Positions 1-12,600 of a stretch of DNA of 64,000 nt are shown in pieces (within the stretch, counting starts at the first letter, position 1; the number at the start of each line of letters is the position of its first letter). The notes below the pieces were generated by a model. That model did no database searches, had not been told where the DNA came from, and was given only the letters and a program-made list of their open reading frames with translations. Where the stretch lies: contig NC_043003.1 in the NCBI RefSeq assembly GCF_006345805.1, forward strand, positions 45,198,001 to 45,262,000, given 5' to 3'. The stretch comes from Octopus sinensis (lineage: Eukaryota). The position numbers and the translations under genes are program-made.

Positions 1-165
1 CATCGCTTGACAACCGATGTTGCTGTGTTTATGTCCCCGAAACTTAGTGTTTTGACAAAAGGGGCTGACAGAATAAGTACTAGGCTTGTAAAGAGTAAGT
101 CCTGGGGTTGATTTCTTCGACTGAAGGCATTGCTCCAGTCAAATAAGTGAAATAAGTAAAAAATA
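1..165 (+). mobile_element. SINE family A, 3' half, truncated by the window edge
   Basis: CATCGCTTGACAACCGATG...GAATAAGTACTAGGCTT...TGCTCCAGTC matches the 3' half of the copy at 55237-55662. Confidence 0.85.
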
Positions 166-584
166 CAAGAATAAAAGAATATGTATTTCGCTTAATCTTT
201 ACGAGACTAATGATGTTATGTGGAACGCTGGATATGTTTCAGAACAAAGTTTTGAGAGAGAACAGACCGTTAATAGTAAAAGAGTTGACATAGGTGAGTG
301 CCTAAATAACATCTTAGACTTTCATCGGAGCCTCGAATATGAAGCGCAGTTTATTTGGCAATTACATTCTCACTGGCAATGCCTTCCCTGTATATTGCAC
401 AAATGTAATTATTTTTTTCCCAAATAAATTATATTTTATATTCGACTCTCCAATGAAGCTATAGTATGCTATTCAGGCTCTAAACTGAGTCGATTGTATC
501 TCATTGCAGAAACAGCTATAAGCTAATGGTCTTCATAACATAATCATTGTTTTTCCCGTGTCATCTATTTTTCTTATGTATATG

Positions 585-639
<55 letters not shown>

Positions 640-828
640 GTAAAATATGAAAAATCAACGAAAATGCACATCGCAAATAAAAAGAAAGGCTATTTATGAG
701 AGGTAACGACAAATATATACATTTAGATGGACTGAAGTAGGAGTCATAAAAGTCATTATTATGAGATCATTATAAGATGATACTAAAGTAAGAGAACAAA
801 GCGAACCATGGTTTCGGCAAAAAGAGAA

Positions 829-866
<38 letters not shown>

Positions 867-1973
867 TATATTTATTTATTTATTTATATGATTTTTATCA
901 TGTGGTCTGCACGAAAATAAAATCCTTATACGTAAATTTTTCAAATATTATATTAAGAAATATATGCATAATTTTAACAGGGGATTGGCAATATGCTTCT
1001 CCACGCGCTGAAACTAGACACCAAATGACACATTATGTACACACACAGAAGGAAAGAAAGATTTATATACATATGTGAGTCTTTGTGCGTTTTCTGTATC
1101 ATTACCCGTAAATTGTCCGTACAAACAACAAAACGTTATGATAACTGAAGTCATTCAGCGATCACAGAATTATAAATGAGGAAACAAATAAAGGCATGAG
1201 TAACATTGAATCTTAGCATGACCCGAAAAGGCTCAAATTTTTCCTCTCATACTCTACCGAGAATGATATATTATTTAAACAATGCGGAAAACGTTCCGTC
1301 ACTGCTGTCAAAACTATTCCGGTATCAAAGTAAAAAATCTCACAGTACTCGGCCTCGAAGCGATACATCCTTGACAAAATTCGAGCTCATATCACAAAAC
1401 AGCGTGGCGACACAACATTACCTCAACTATTCCTGTTTTATTCAACAGTTTTCTGAAAGATATTAAAGAAGAAAAGCTGCTCATAATATTCAAATGAAGC
1501 TGGAAACTTTCCGCCAAGAAATACTAGGCAAAACCCCGATACATATATACCACAGGGCAAAAACATAATCACTATGTGAAGTGGTTAAAAGACCGAATAA
1601 TTTTGACATAAGTGAGCCAATAGTGGCCAAATACAAGACGAATCTATGTCTCTCTTGTTTTTGAAAGTTCTTTAACCACATGCGTTTATCTTCATTTAGT
1701 CAACACATGCTACTTGCATTGTATGGAAATATCCCGCAAAATATTAATAAGCATATCATCAGCATGAAAAGTGTTCTGGTCATTTAAATATAATCTTTCT
1801 TCAGTTACTAAAGCTCTTTCGGTCATAAAGCACACCCAAAACTTTTGGCTTTGTGAAGACTTTTAATCTTCTTTTTCTTAGCTCGTGAATAAATACACCG
1901 ATATACAAGTTCTGATCAAAATCTATCGGGACTAGTGCCATAAAAAATGCTATAACACATACTAATTCTTCGT

Positions 1974-2285
1974 TTAATCTCCTTCGAAGTAATCCCCATC
2001 TGAAATCACACACGTTACCCAGCGGTGTGTCCATTGAGGGAAGCTTTCCTGGAACTCCCTTTTTGGGATAGCGAGCTGCAATTTCATTTCATTCTCTTGG
2101 ATTTCCTCGACATTTTAAAATCTTGATGTTGTCTTAGCCTTCTAATCGGTGTCATACCTATAGACCCACGAGGTATCACCTTTTATGACCATTTTCAAAA
2201 GGACTTCGTATTCCTCGACACAATCAAGGAGATCCTGCGTAGCTGAAACCCAATATTGTTTTTGGAGTCGATTGCGCACTACATA
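1974..2285 (-). mobile_element. Mariner transposase remnant, internally deleted, with stops
   Basis: Minus frame reads QDLLDCVEEYEVLLKMVIKGDTSWVYRYD* then RF*NVEEIQEN...IPKREFQESFPQWTHRWVTCVISDGDYFEGD*, resembling the mariner TGDETW region and C-terminal GDYFEG. Confidence 0.8.
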
Positions 2286-2489
2286 CTTTTATTCCAAGCA
2301 ATCCTATAAACAAAGTGAGCGAGAATGTTACAACTTAATGTGCATGCGCGACAGAGTTCAAGGTCAACATATGCGAGGCATTTTAACGCAGTGCACTTAG
2401 CTCCATTACCATAGCAGTGCATCTACACTTGTCATCTAGGATGTCAGCAGTGCGTCTATGCTTGGCAACTGGGCTTGCTAAGGACCTTC

Positions 2490-2700
2490 ACATTTGAAGT
2501 CTTTGTTCTGAGTTTTTAAAGGCAGAGAGAAGCATGATGCGGAAAATAAAGCTGAAGAGTATTAGCGCAAGAACACATCCTTGCTTGTCTCTGTTAGTGA
2601 CGGGGAACTCATCATCTTCGTTGCCGTACAGTAATCTTGCCTTCAAACTGCCATAAAAGCCTTTCATTATCTTCACCATGTTGGTAGGAATTCCATTTTC
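2490..2700 (-). mobile_element. RTE-like LINE reverse transcriptase fragment
   Basis: GIPTNMVKIMKGFY...FPVTNRDKQGCVLALILF matches the RT motif GV(K/R)QGCVL(A/S)P.LF. Confidence 0.7.
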
Positions 2701-2724
2701 ATATATAAAAATACATAGATTTAC

Positions 2725-3345
2725 TCTACACTTTATTTCCGACTACTGGCCGAGTATATGTGTGGAGAGAGCCAAAGGAAGCATTTGACCCAGACTGCCT
2801 TCTTCCAGCTGTTAAACATGGGAGAGGATCAGTAATGATCTGGGTGGCTATATCTTGGAAATCCACTGGCCCAATTGTTTCCTTTCATGGCAGAATTAAC
2901 AGTCAAGACTATTTAAGCACTTTATCTGATCAACTTTATCCTATAGTTGCGGAACTGTTTCCGGAGAGAAACGCAATCTTTCAGGATGATAATGCACCAA
3001 TCCACACAGCTAAAGTTGTTACTGAATGGCACGAGGAACATTCTAGCGAAGTTGAACATCTTATCTGGCCACCATAATCCCCATACCTCAATAGTATTAA
3101 ACATTTATTGTGCGTTTTAGAAAAACTTGTAAGGAATCGACATCCTCCACCATCATCACTATAAGAACGGAAGACTGTTTTAGCTGAAGAATGGACAAAA
3201 ATTCCTTTGGAAACAATTCAAACTTTGTACGAATCCATACCTCGTAGGTTCCAAGCTGTAATTACAGCCAAACACGGTCCTACCCCATATTAAAATGAAT
3301 TTGTTTGAAATTTTAAGGTATTTCCATTATTTTGTATATATCTAG
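2725..3345 (+). mobile_element. Tc1-like DD34E transposase C-terminal remnant (pseudogene)
   Basis: ORF 2760-3077 has AVKHGRGSVMIW, FQDDNAPIHTAK and WPP*SPYLNSIKH (consensus WPxQSPDLNPIEH; catalytic E replaced by K); it continues EEWTKIPLETIQTLYESIPRRFQAVITAKHGPTPY*. Confidence 0.9.
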
Positions 3346-3668
3346 CTGATAATCCGTCGGTTACGAAGACTAGGGTTCCAGTTGATACAATCAATGGAAC
3401 AGACTGCTCGTGAAATAAACATGTAAGTTGCTGAGCACTCCACAACACGCATACATTTAACGTATTTCTCAGGGACATTCAGCGTGAAACAGAACGTGAC
3501 AAGGCTGACGCTTTGAATTACGGGTATAACTCAATTTTGATACGTGTGTGGCCTGCAACAACGTCACATGAAGTGTCTTGCTCAAGGAGACAATTCACCA
3601 CCGAGGATCGAACACACGACCTTCCGTTCGTGAAACCGAATAGTGTAGCCATTAAACCACGCTCCTTC
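3345..3668 (-). mobile_element. SINE family D (tRNA head; possibly a Ceph-type SINE)
   Basis: Minus-strand head has A-box TGGTTTAATGG and B-box GTGTTCGATCC; the body is the reverse complement of 39360-39545. The named family assignment is from memory, not a search. Confidence 0.7.
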
Positions 3669-3739
3669 ATGTGCGCACGCACACACACACACACGCACAC
3701 ACACACACACACACACATATGGTAAAGTAAACAGCCACT

Positions 3740-4030
3740 TCGATCGTGAATGACCATGGGATTACATCTAGAAGGTTCCCTTCCGAGGCACAAGTCTGAG
3801 TCATGTTGCTTATGGAAAACTCGCAACCGATGTTATCCAAGGGAAAGGCAAAGGCCGACACAGCTTGGCACCAGTGACATCGCTGCTCATTTATACAGCT
3901 GAGCAAACTGGAGCAACGTGAAATAAAATGTATTGCACAAGAACATAACACTCAACCCGGTCCAGCAATCGAACTCACTACCTCATGATAGTGAGGCCGA
4001 CACTCTAACCACTGAGCCATGTGCCTTCAC
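3740..4030 (-). mobile_element. SINE family C (tRNA-derived)
   Basis: Minus-strand head GTGAAGGCACATGGCTCAGTGGTTAGAG...GAGTTCGATT with A and B boxes; homologous to 29850-30180. Confidence 0.85.
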
Positions 4031-4248
4031 TATTTCCGCAATAAGTATTGAAATTAACTGTGTCACATACTTGCAGCAATCTGTAACTTACTGAGCGTTC
4101 TGAGGTACAGTTCGCGTGACACTCTGATAGAAGACTCTCGTTTATTTACTTTCACCGATAATGTTTGAACCGGACCGCAGTTCTGGCACTATGTCATTCT
4201 ATGGGATAGAACTCGAGATATCATAGTTGCAAAGCAAATATCTTAAAC

Positions 4249-4325
4249 CAGGGCTGGCCAACATAAGGCCCGTGGGCTGCATGCGGCCCGCAGGCAATTA
4301 TGTTGCGGCTCACTTGATACTTTCT
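4249..4325 (+). mobile_element. hAT (Charlie-like) transposon terminus
   Basis: CAGGGCTGGCCAAC...GGCCCGTGGGCTGCATGCGGCCCG resembles hAT-Charlie terminal/subterminal sequence; no partner end found. Confidence 0.5.
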
Positions 4326-4631
4326 TGAAGTGGATTTATTTGAACAAATATTTTTAAAATTGTAGCAAAAATTAAACATTATAATGAAAAGTAAAAAAGA
4401 TTCTACTGCTTTTGCAACGATAATATTACATGTTGAATCAACGTTCATTCATTCGTTATTGTAATAATAGCATGAGAAAGCAAAACATTTTCAATTCTGT
4501 CAGTATAAAAGCTGCCATCAAAAATTTCCTGTTATTACAATGGCCTGGAATGTAATTCGAATTGTCTTAAACCTTCGGCACTTTGCATATATGTATCTGT
4601 ACACAAACACAAGATGTATCTGTCTGCTTAG

Positions 4632-4632
<1 letters not shown>

Positions 4633-4692
<60 letters not shown>

Positions 4693-4884
4693 ATCTATCA
4701 ATCTATATTATATATATATATATAATATATATATATATATATAATATATATATATACATATACATACATATTTTATGTATTTGTATGTGTATACACATAC
4801 ATATATACATACAAACACAGACATGCATATATATATATATATATGTATGTTGTGTGTGTGGTGTGTGTGTGTGTGTGGTGTGTG

Positions 4885-4916
<32 letters not shown>

Positions 4917-4920
4917 CATA
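4633..4920. repeat. Compound microsatellite (TATC)n-(TA)n-(TG)n
   Basis: Direct reading; representative of dozens of similar tracts in the window. Confidence 0.95.
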
Positions 4921-5687
4921 GAAGCGCACGCATACAAAGGTACGCAAATGACAAACGCTGGAGATGATGGACACCACTTTAAAACAAATTATTTCTTACT
5001 TTGCTAGAGAGATAGAGAGATAGCGAATGAAATGAGAGAAAGGCAGATACAGAGAGCAGCAGAAAAGAGTGTGAGAGGGAGAGGGAAAGAGAAGAGGCTG
5101 AGAGATACAGATAGACAGATTGAGAGAGTGACAACTAGTTTAACTGAGTATAATTTGGTTGTTTAGATAAACTCGATTGATGTTTATTTTTCTAGGCGTA
5201 CCGCCTTTGCAATTCAGTATATCGGCATTTGATGGGTTCCCGCCAAGATTTCATTGCAAAGGACAGCTGTTGTTTTGCAGTGTTTCTTCACACAAGGCTC
5301 ACAGGCCAATTTGCATTAGAAAAATAAAATGACTCGAATAATTGGTTAAATTTACTTATCCAAGCATATTATATGATTTATGGATGTTTGCTTATTTATA
5401 TCATGTGCATACAAGGACTCTCTCTTATTATTTCTCTCTCTAACTTTCTCCCACAAGATTCGCATAATCATATATCTGTGTGACTACACACACACACATA
5501 CGCACAAACACGCATACTCATCAATCTATCTATCTATCTATCTATCTATATATATATATGTATGTGTGTGTGTGGGGGGGTGCGTCCGTGCATGTCTGGA
5601 TGTGTATGTATATATGTATGTGTATACACATACATATACATAAATATATATATATATATATATATATAATACAGAGAGAGGGAGTAT

Positions 5688-5758
5688 AGTTCGGTAGCGT
5701 AGTAGTGAGTATTCACGCATGTCACATGATAAGCCGGGGTTCGATTCCCCACGGGGCA
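5688..5758 (+). pseudogene. tRNA-Asp(GUC)-like pseudogene or tRNA-derived SINE head
   Basis: TAGTAGTGAGTATT, TGTCAC anticodon loop and CCGGGGTTCGATTCCCC T-arm align to eukaryotic tRNA-Asp; acceptor and anticodon stems are mispaired. Confidence 0.75.
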
Positions 5759-5772
5759 CCTCGTTATAAACA

Positions 5773-6160
5773 GGCACAGGCGTGACGTGTGTTCTAAGGC
5801 GTTGTTTCCAAACCATAAGATTCAGGGTTTAGTCCCACTGGTTGCCTGCTCCTGCAGCCTTCGACCGACCAAAGACTTTTGAGTCGATTTGGTTGATGGA
5901 AACAGAAAGAAGCCCGTGTATTATTGTACATAATTGTGTATGCTCACGCGCGACTGTTGTGTGTTTGTTCCGCACTATTGTTTGAGTACCGGTGTTGGTA
6001 GGCTTAACGTCCACGAAACTTAAAGGTTCGTCAAAAGACAGCGATACAATAAATACAAGGATTTACAATTACTACTTACATGGGTCAATACTTTCGACTA
6101 AATGTTTTCATGGTGGTGTCCTTGCATGGCGACAATCTAATGACGGGATCAAGTAAAAGA
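5773..6160 (+). mobile_element. SINE family A, old diverged full-length copy
   Basis: Colinear with 55237-55662 from the head through GAAAGAAGCCCGT to the CAAGTAAAAGA tail. Confidence 0.7.
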
Positions 6161-6185
6161 TGCATATTGACAGATATATAGCAAC

Positions 6186-6357
6186 TACACACATTTTTTC
6201 TCTCCTTGTTTTTTTTTCTGTGTATCTTTCTGTAGAAGAGCGTAGGCTCGAAACGTAAAAGACTTTTTCCTATTCCTGAGCGCTATACTAATACATTTGT
6301 TTGTTTGTACACCACCTGTCTTCGTCTTTTGTTTAGTTTCGTAAACTTTCCCTTTAT
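6186..6357 (+). mobile_element. Short non-coding repeat carrying a minimal hammerhead-like motif
   Basis: Homologous to 39576-39755 (minus); ends in (TA)n; contains GAAGAGCGTAGGCTCGAAACGT. Confidence 0.7.
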
Positions 6358-6501
6358 ATATATATATATATATTTCTGTGCATTTATGTATGTATGCGTG
6401 CGGGGCACACACTCATAGACACACATAAAAAATCGCAAATACATGTGTGTGTGTGGTATATATTACTTATAGTATGCGTCCACCATACGCATATAATATA
6501 T

Positions 6502-6549
<48 letters not shown>

Positions 6550-7013
6550 CTATTATATATATTAATATAGTATATATATATTACTTAAGTACATACCTAC
6601 ATACATAAATACATACGTACACACGTATGTACTCATATGCATCGTATGTTTTAGACATATATAAATATGTGTTATACATTTTCATAAATGTGTATACACG
6701 TATACAACTGAACATAGGGGCATGCTTGGGGAAGAGGCAGTGTGTGTGTGATGTGTGCATGTGCGAGTGGGTAGGTGAATGTGTGTATGATGTGTGTCTG
6801 TGCGAATGGATGTGTTTGCTGTATCTGTGTGCGTGTGTATATGTCTGTGAAAGCTTGCGTTCTAATCTGTACTTGCCTTCAGTAAAGCAATTTTATCTCT
6901 ATCTGATCTCTACAACTATAATTCTCAGTAAACCATCTCTTTCCATCTCTTGCTCTGTGTCTCTCAATGCTCTCTCTCTCATACACTCCGATACTTCTGC
7001 TATGTATATGTGT

Positions 7014-7605
7014 GGATGAACTGGCAGACACGTTTGCGCGCCGGGTGAAATGCTTAGCGGTATTTCGTCTGCCGCTACGTTCTGAGTTCAAATTCCGTCG
7101 AGGTCGACTTTGCTTTTCATCCTTTCGGGGTTGATTAAATAAGTACCAGTTACGCACTGGGGTCGATATAATCGACTTAATCCGTGTGTCTGTCCTTGTT
7201 TGTCCTCTCTGTGTTTATCCCCTTGTGGGTACTAAAGAAATAGGTAATTCGTCTGCCGCTACATTCTCAGTTCAAATTCCGTCGAGATCGACTTTGTCTT
7301 TTATCCTTTCGGGGTCGATGAAATAAGTAGCAGTTACGCACTGGGGTCGATATAATCGATTTGATCCGTTTGTATGACCTTGTTTGTCCCCTCTGTGTGT
7401 AGCCCCTTGTGGGTAGTAAAGAAATAGGTATTTCGTCTGTCGTTACATTCTGAGTTCAAATTCCGCCGAGGTCGACTTTGCCTTTCATCCTTTCGGAGTC
7501 GATAAATAAAGTTTCAGTTTCGCACTGCGGTCGATGTAATCGACTTAATCTCTTTGTCCTTGTTTGTCCCCTCTATGTTTACCCCATTGTGGGCAATAAG
7601 AAAAA
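7014..7605 (+). mobile_element. SINE family B trimer (one head plus three ~184-bp body units)
   Basis: Units restart at GGTA(A/T)TTCGTC at about 7058, 7243 and 7427; each contains GAGTTCAAATTCC (B-box-like) and ends near AAAGAAATA. Confidence 0.9.
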
Positions 7606-7700
7606 ATATATATATATTATATATATATATATATATATGATGTATGTATGTATTTATGTAGTATATATATGTATACACACCACCACACACACACACACAC

Positions 7701-7750
<50 letters not shown>

Positions 7751-8189
7751 AGAGAGAGAGAGACATACGATTGATTATTTCTAAACACACATATGTATTT
7801 GTATGTGTGCCTGTGGAGTCTGTATCTAACAAGGTCTAACAGTGAGATTCAAAAGAGTTCGTGCCTGGCGTTATATGTATATGTATGTATGTATGTGGGT
7901 GTGTGTGGGGTGTCTGTCATTGTACATATATATATATATAGTATATAGTATACACACACACAATCACGCACAGACACACACACAACACGCATATACATAT
8001 AGGCAAATGTGTAGCCATGTATAAGATTACGGCCTATTATCCACAGACAGTTATATATCTATTATCATTCATAGTAAGGCCTTTGTATCGCTTTTTCTCT
8101 TTCTACCACCTACGTTTATTCTCTTTCTTTTTGGGATGAATATACTTGCGCAGACAAGGGCCTAGTGAATATGTATGTATGTATGTATG

Positions 8190-8227
<38 letters not shown>

Positions 8228-8302
8228 ATATAGTGTGTATGCGCGGTATCACTATCTCTATTATCTATCTATCCTTATATTATCTATATCTATCTATCTA
8301 TT

Positions 8303-8345
<43 letters not shown>

Positions 8346-8414
8346 TCATACATACATAAACACACACATGCATATATATGTCTATGTATATGTATATATG
8401 TATATATGTATGTT

Positions 8415-8446
<32 letters not shown>

Positions 8447-8484
8447 TATATTAGGTGTATGTATATGTGTGTATATATGATGTG

Positions 8485-8525
<41 letters not shown>

Positions 8526-9810
8526 GCATGACCATATATATGCGCACATTTGCCTACAGCTGTGTGACGTTAATTCTGTTGATTTGCTTTGGTCATTCTT
8601 GTATATAAATTCATTCATACCCTCATATACGTAAACAGAGAGAGAGAGAGCCATACATACACGCACGCACACACACACACACACACACACACAACACACA
8701 CACACACACACAAACACAACGCACATGCGCGCACACACACACACACATACTGACACATAATCACACATATATCTTTATGTGCAATAACGTGCTCTGTGGA
8801 ATTGCCATTACGTACGTTTTATCCTTTGTGTATGTTGTGTTTGCAATCTTTCCGTTATCTTTTCGTCTGTATGAGTACAATTTTCTCTGCATTCTTTTTC
8901 TAATGATGTGCGTGAGAAAACGTCCTTGTGTAATGTCGTTTAATATTCCCAGTTATTATCCATTTCCTGTTTATTGTTCCTTTTATAATACATCTACTAC
9001 CTTTCTATGTTTACTTTCTCGTTTCTGGCTTCTTATATTAATACTTTGATATTTATTGTTGTTTGTGCTAGGATCTTTTTACGCGTCGACCTTCAGCCTT
9101 CGTTTGTGCTGATGTATAAGTGTGAAGGAGTGTATCAGTGTATGTGCGTGTGGCTTTGTGTTGTCGTGTAAGTGTACGCGTGTGGTTCTCTGTCTATGAA
9201 GATTTATGGACATATGATTATATACTCAGCCATACATGTGGAATGTCTTTTTTTGTGTGTGTGACAGTGTGTAAATGGGCAAATGTTAACTACGTATATC
9301 ATTATTTATGCACACTAACATGTACACACACTCATGCACGTACTGCCTATATATATGTGTGTGTGTGTGTAACTACATATATATATACACACATATATAT
9401 ATATATAGAAGTATATATATATGTATATGTATGTATATAGATAGATAGATAGACACATACATACATACACATATATATATATATATAATAAATATATATG
9501 TATATGAATAGATGCATGTTTTATATGTGTGTATGTATGAGTGCATATATGTATGTGTGTGTGAGTGTGTATTTATGTATATATATCTATATATATGTAT
9601 GAATCTATGTATATATGCATATATAAACCCCTACGCACAAAGATACACGCAGGTATACACACATATATATGAGCATACACACCTATATAGAGAGAGTTAG
9701 ATAGACAGATAGAAATATAGATAGATAGATAGATAGGTAGATAGATAGATAAACAGATACACAGATACACAGAGAGATAGATAGATAGATAGGAAGATAG
9801 AAAGATATAT

Positions 9811-9869
<59 letters not shown>

Positions 9870-9915
9870 TACACCACATGCATAAGTTTGTATATGTGCG
9901 TGTGTGTGTCTTTGG

Positions 9916-9961
<46 letters not shown>

Positions 9962-11269
9962 CACACGCATGCATATACAATCATTGATACGTATATATTG
10001 TTGGTGTTCTGCGAGGTGTGCGTATATACCACGCAACACGTATATATGTTTCTGTTTGCGTGTCTATATTGTTCATTTTCAGTCTGTTTGAAGTCGTGAC
10101 ATTTGCACAATTCATTTTATGCTATGTCGTATGTAGCAATCATATGGGCAGTCAAAACTACATTCTTCGGTTTTGTGTTCATAGACAGAATTGATGTTAT
10201 TGAATGTATTACTTGTGTTTTCATAAGATTATTTTATATTAATGTTCGTTTCCAGATTTCTCGGCAGATATTTTAGGTTGGGGGGAGAGGTTATTCTATT
10301 CTCGACATTTACATTTCTGATGACTTTATAATGTATTTTCTATGTACTTTTACCACGTTTACGCTATTTATATGACTTAGAAGGAGCCTAATGTCTAGCA
10401 TTTAGGTAAATTCTCATCAAAATCATATACAATGTTGATAGTTGAAAATGGTTAATAATGTGATCTTTATGTATGAAATTTCAGATTCATTTTACCATAT
10501 CTGAATTTTTGAGAGAAATTGCTTTTTATATGACTGTAATTTGTTGGCAGATTGTCAACCTTATCTTTAAATATTAAAAATATATATTTATATCTTTACT
10601 ACTATTCAATCGGATTTCTGTCCGGTAGTTATGCATTTCTTTTTTCCTGGACGTTAGTATTTAGTGTGTATAATACCACCGAACCTATTCCTTTTTTGCT
10701 TTTTGTTTTTTGTTTTTTTTTTCATTTTATTTTTATTTTACTGTTTTCTACTCATTTAGGAATGTAAGAAGTGATAATAACGATGGACTGAACCAATCGA
10801 AACATTGAAATATTTTGCTGAATGAAAATATATCACTTCCTAAATATGCGGAAAATCATTTAAAATAATCAAAAGTTTTTAGTTATATCTTCAATAAGGA
10901 TACAAAGATATTAATGAGGAAAGGACTTGGGGGAGGATCTTACGGTATTATCCGAGTTTTCACCACTTGACTATATACTCTTTGAGCAGAAGGCATCAGT
11001 AGGAAGTTGCTACATGTCATTGAATTATGGAAATTTTTTTTTCAGTCAATGACTATGCATTTTCTGAGTTGCTCTCGTAAGAACAAGAGAAAATATATTC
11101 GATAGGATATTCTAAAGCAAAACCTTTCCAGAGTTTACATTATTTACATTCGAGGGATGTCTCCATTGAAGCCTAATTTCGGCACCGTACCAATTAGATA
11201 ATACAGTTCTATATTTAAGAGATGAGGAATTATATACATTATTTATATTATTTACATTCGACATATTGA

Positions 11270-11385
11270 GGGTTGATAAGTTAAGTACCAATGATACCCT
11301 GGGGTCGATTTAATCTACTAGTCCCCTCACCCAAAATTTCTTGTCTTGTGCTGTAGCAAAAAGTATTATTACTTTAAGAAATAAT
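11270..11385 (+). mobile_element. SINE family B 3' fragment, local duplicate of 12260-12371
   Basis: Shares AAGTACCAATGATACCCTGGGGTCGATTTAATCTACTA with 12270-12308. Confidence 0.8.
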
Positions 11386-11747
11386 GTATATAATACCTCA
11401 TCTCTTAAATATAGAACTGTACTTTCCAGAGTTATGACCACTCTTACGAAAGATCAGACTTTTTCTCCGATTCATGCTTTCCTTCGTTCAATTTTTAATC
11501 TCTGTGGATATCAGAAATATATCCCGTGCTTCGCATTCCATAATTATTATTAGCAGTATTGGTTTTATTTTTTCGTTAACAGTATACCTTTAATTGTTTA
11601 ATCTAAAGACCAAAAGTGAAATTAAAGTTGGGGAATATGAGGAAAACGCATTCCGCAATATAGCAGAGAGAAACATATGATTCAAGCTTTATTAAAAAAA
11701 AGAAAACATACAGTAGGTTAATTTTCATTATTACTTTAAGATATAAA

Positions 11748-12600
11748 GGCAGCGAGCTGGCCGAAAAGTTAGCACGTCGGGTGAAATGCGTAGCCGTATT
11801 TCGTCTGCCTTTACGTCCTGAGTTCAAATTCCGCCGAGGTCGACTTTGCCTTTCATCTTTTCGGGGTCGATAAATTAAGTACCAGTTACGCACTGGGGTT
11901 TTTCTGTCCTTGTTTGTCCTCTCTGTGTTTAGCCCCTTGTGGGTAGTAAAGAAATAGGTATTTCGTCCGTTGCTACATTCTAATTTCAAATTCCGCCGAG
12001 GTCGACTTTGCCTTTCGTCCGTTCGAGGTTGATAAATTAAGTACCTGTTAAACACTGGGATCGATGTAATCGAATATTCCCCTCCCCAGAAATTTCAGGC
12101 CCTGTGCCTATAGTAGAAGGAATTATTACTTTAAGATATAAGATGGTGAGCTGGTGGAATAGTTAACACACGGGCAAAATACTTACCGGCATTTCGTCAG
12201 TCTTTACGTTCTGAGTTCAAATTTCGCCGAGGTCAGCTTTGTCTTTCATCTATTCAGGGTTCATAAGTTAAGTACCAATGATACCCTGGGGTCGATTTAA
12301 TCTACTATTCCCCTCACTCAAAATTTCCTGTCTTGTGATTTACTAGAAAGTATTAATACTTTAAGAAATAAATGGTGAGCTGGCAAAATTTGTAGCATGC
12401 CGAGCAAACTGCTGAACGAAATTTCGTCCGCATCTATGTTCTTGGTTCAAATTTTGCCGTGGTAGACTTTACCTTGCATCATTTCGGGGCCGATAAAATA
12501 AGTACCAGTTTGAGCACCGAGGTTGATGTAATCGACAAACCTCCTCTCCACAAAATTTCTGCCTTTGTGCCTATAACAGAAAGGGTTGGTAATTTAAGAT
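11748..12600 (+). mobile_element. Head-to-tail array of SINE family B copies
   Basis: Heads at about 11748, 12143 and 12373, plus an internal unit at about 11958; joined by ATTATTACTTTAAGATATAA-like linkers. Confidence 0.85.

Noticed and set aside
800-830. GCCGAAACCATGGTT on the minus strand, resembling the 3' half of a minimal hammerhead, in a segment flanked by (TA)n
   Set aside because: No CUGANGA or stem II 5' strand upstream; the motif cannot be completed
1206-1800. Non-microsatellite ORFs at 1206-1466 and 1490-1681
   Set aside because: No recognisable motif in any frame; possibly a decayed transposon but unsupported
5195-5320. 10-bp inverted repeat CCTTTGCAAT/ATTGCAAAGG and a nearby ATTTGCAT octamer
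   Set aside because: The interior does not pair into a miRNA-like stem; short motifs alone are not significant without conservation data
11603-12055. 150-aa ORF and similar ORFs at 6879-7157 and 61063-61251 (RNWYL...QSRPRRNLNSE)
   Set aside because: These are antisense readings of SINE family B; the similarity comes from the repeat
7014-12600. Repeat-linker arrays as possible CRISPR-like arrays
   Set aside because: The units are ~180-230-bp SINE bodies without unique spacers, there are no cas genes, and the context is eukaryotic
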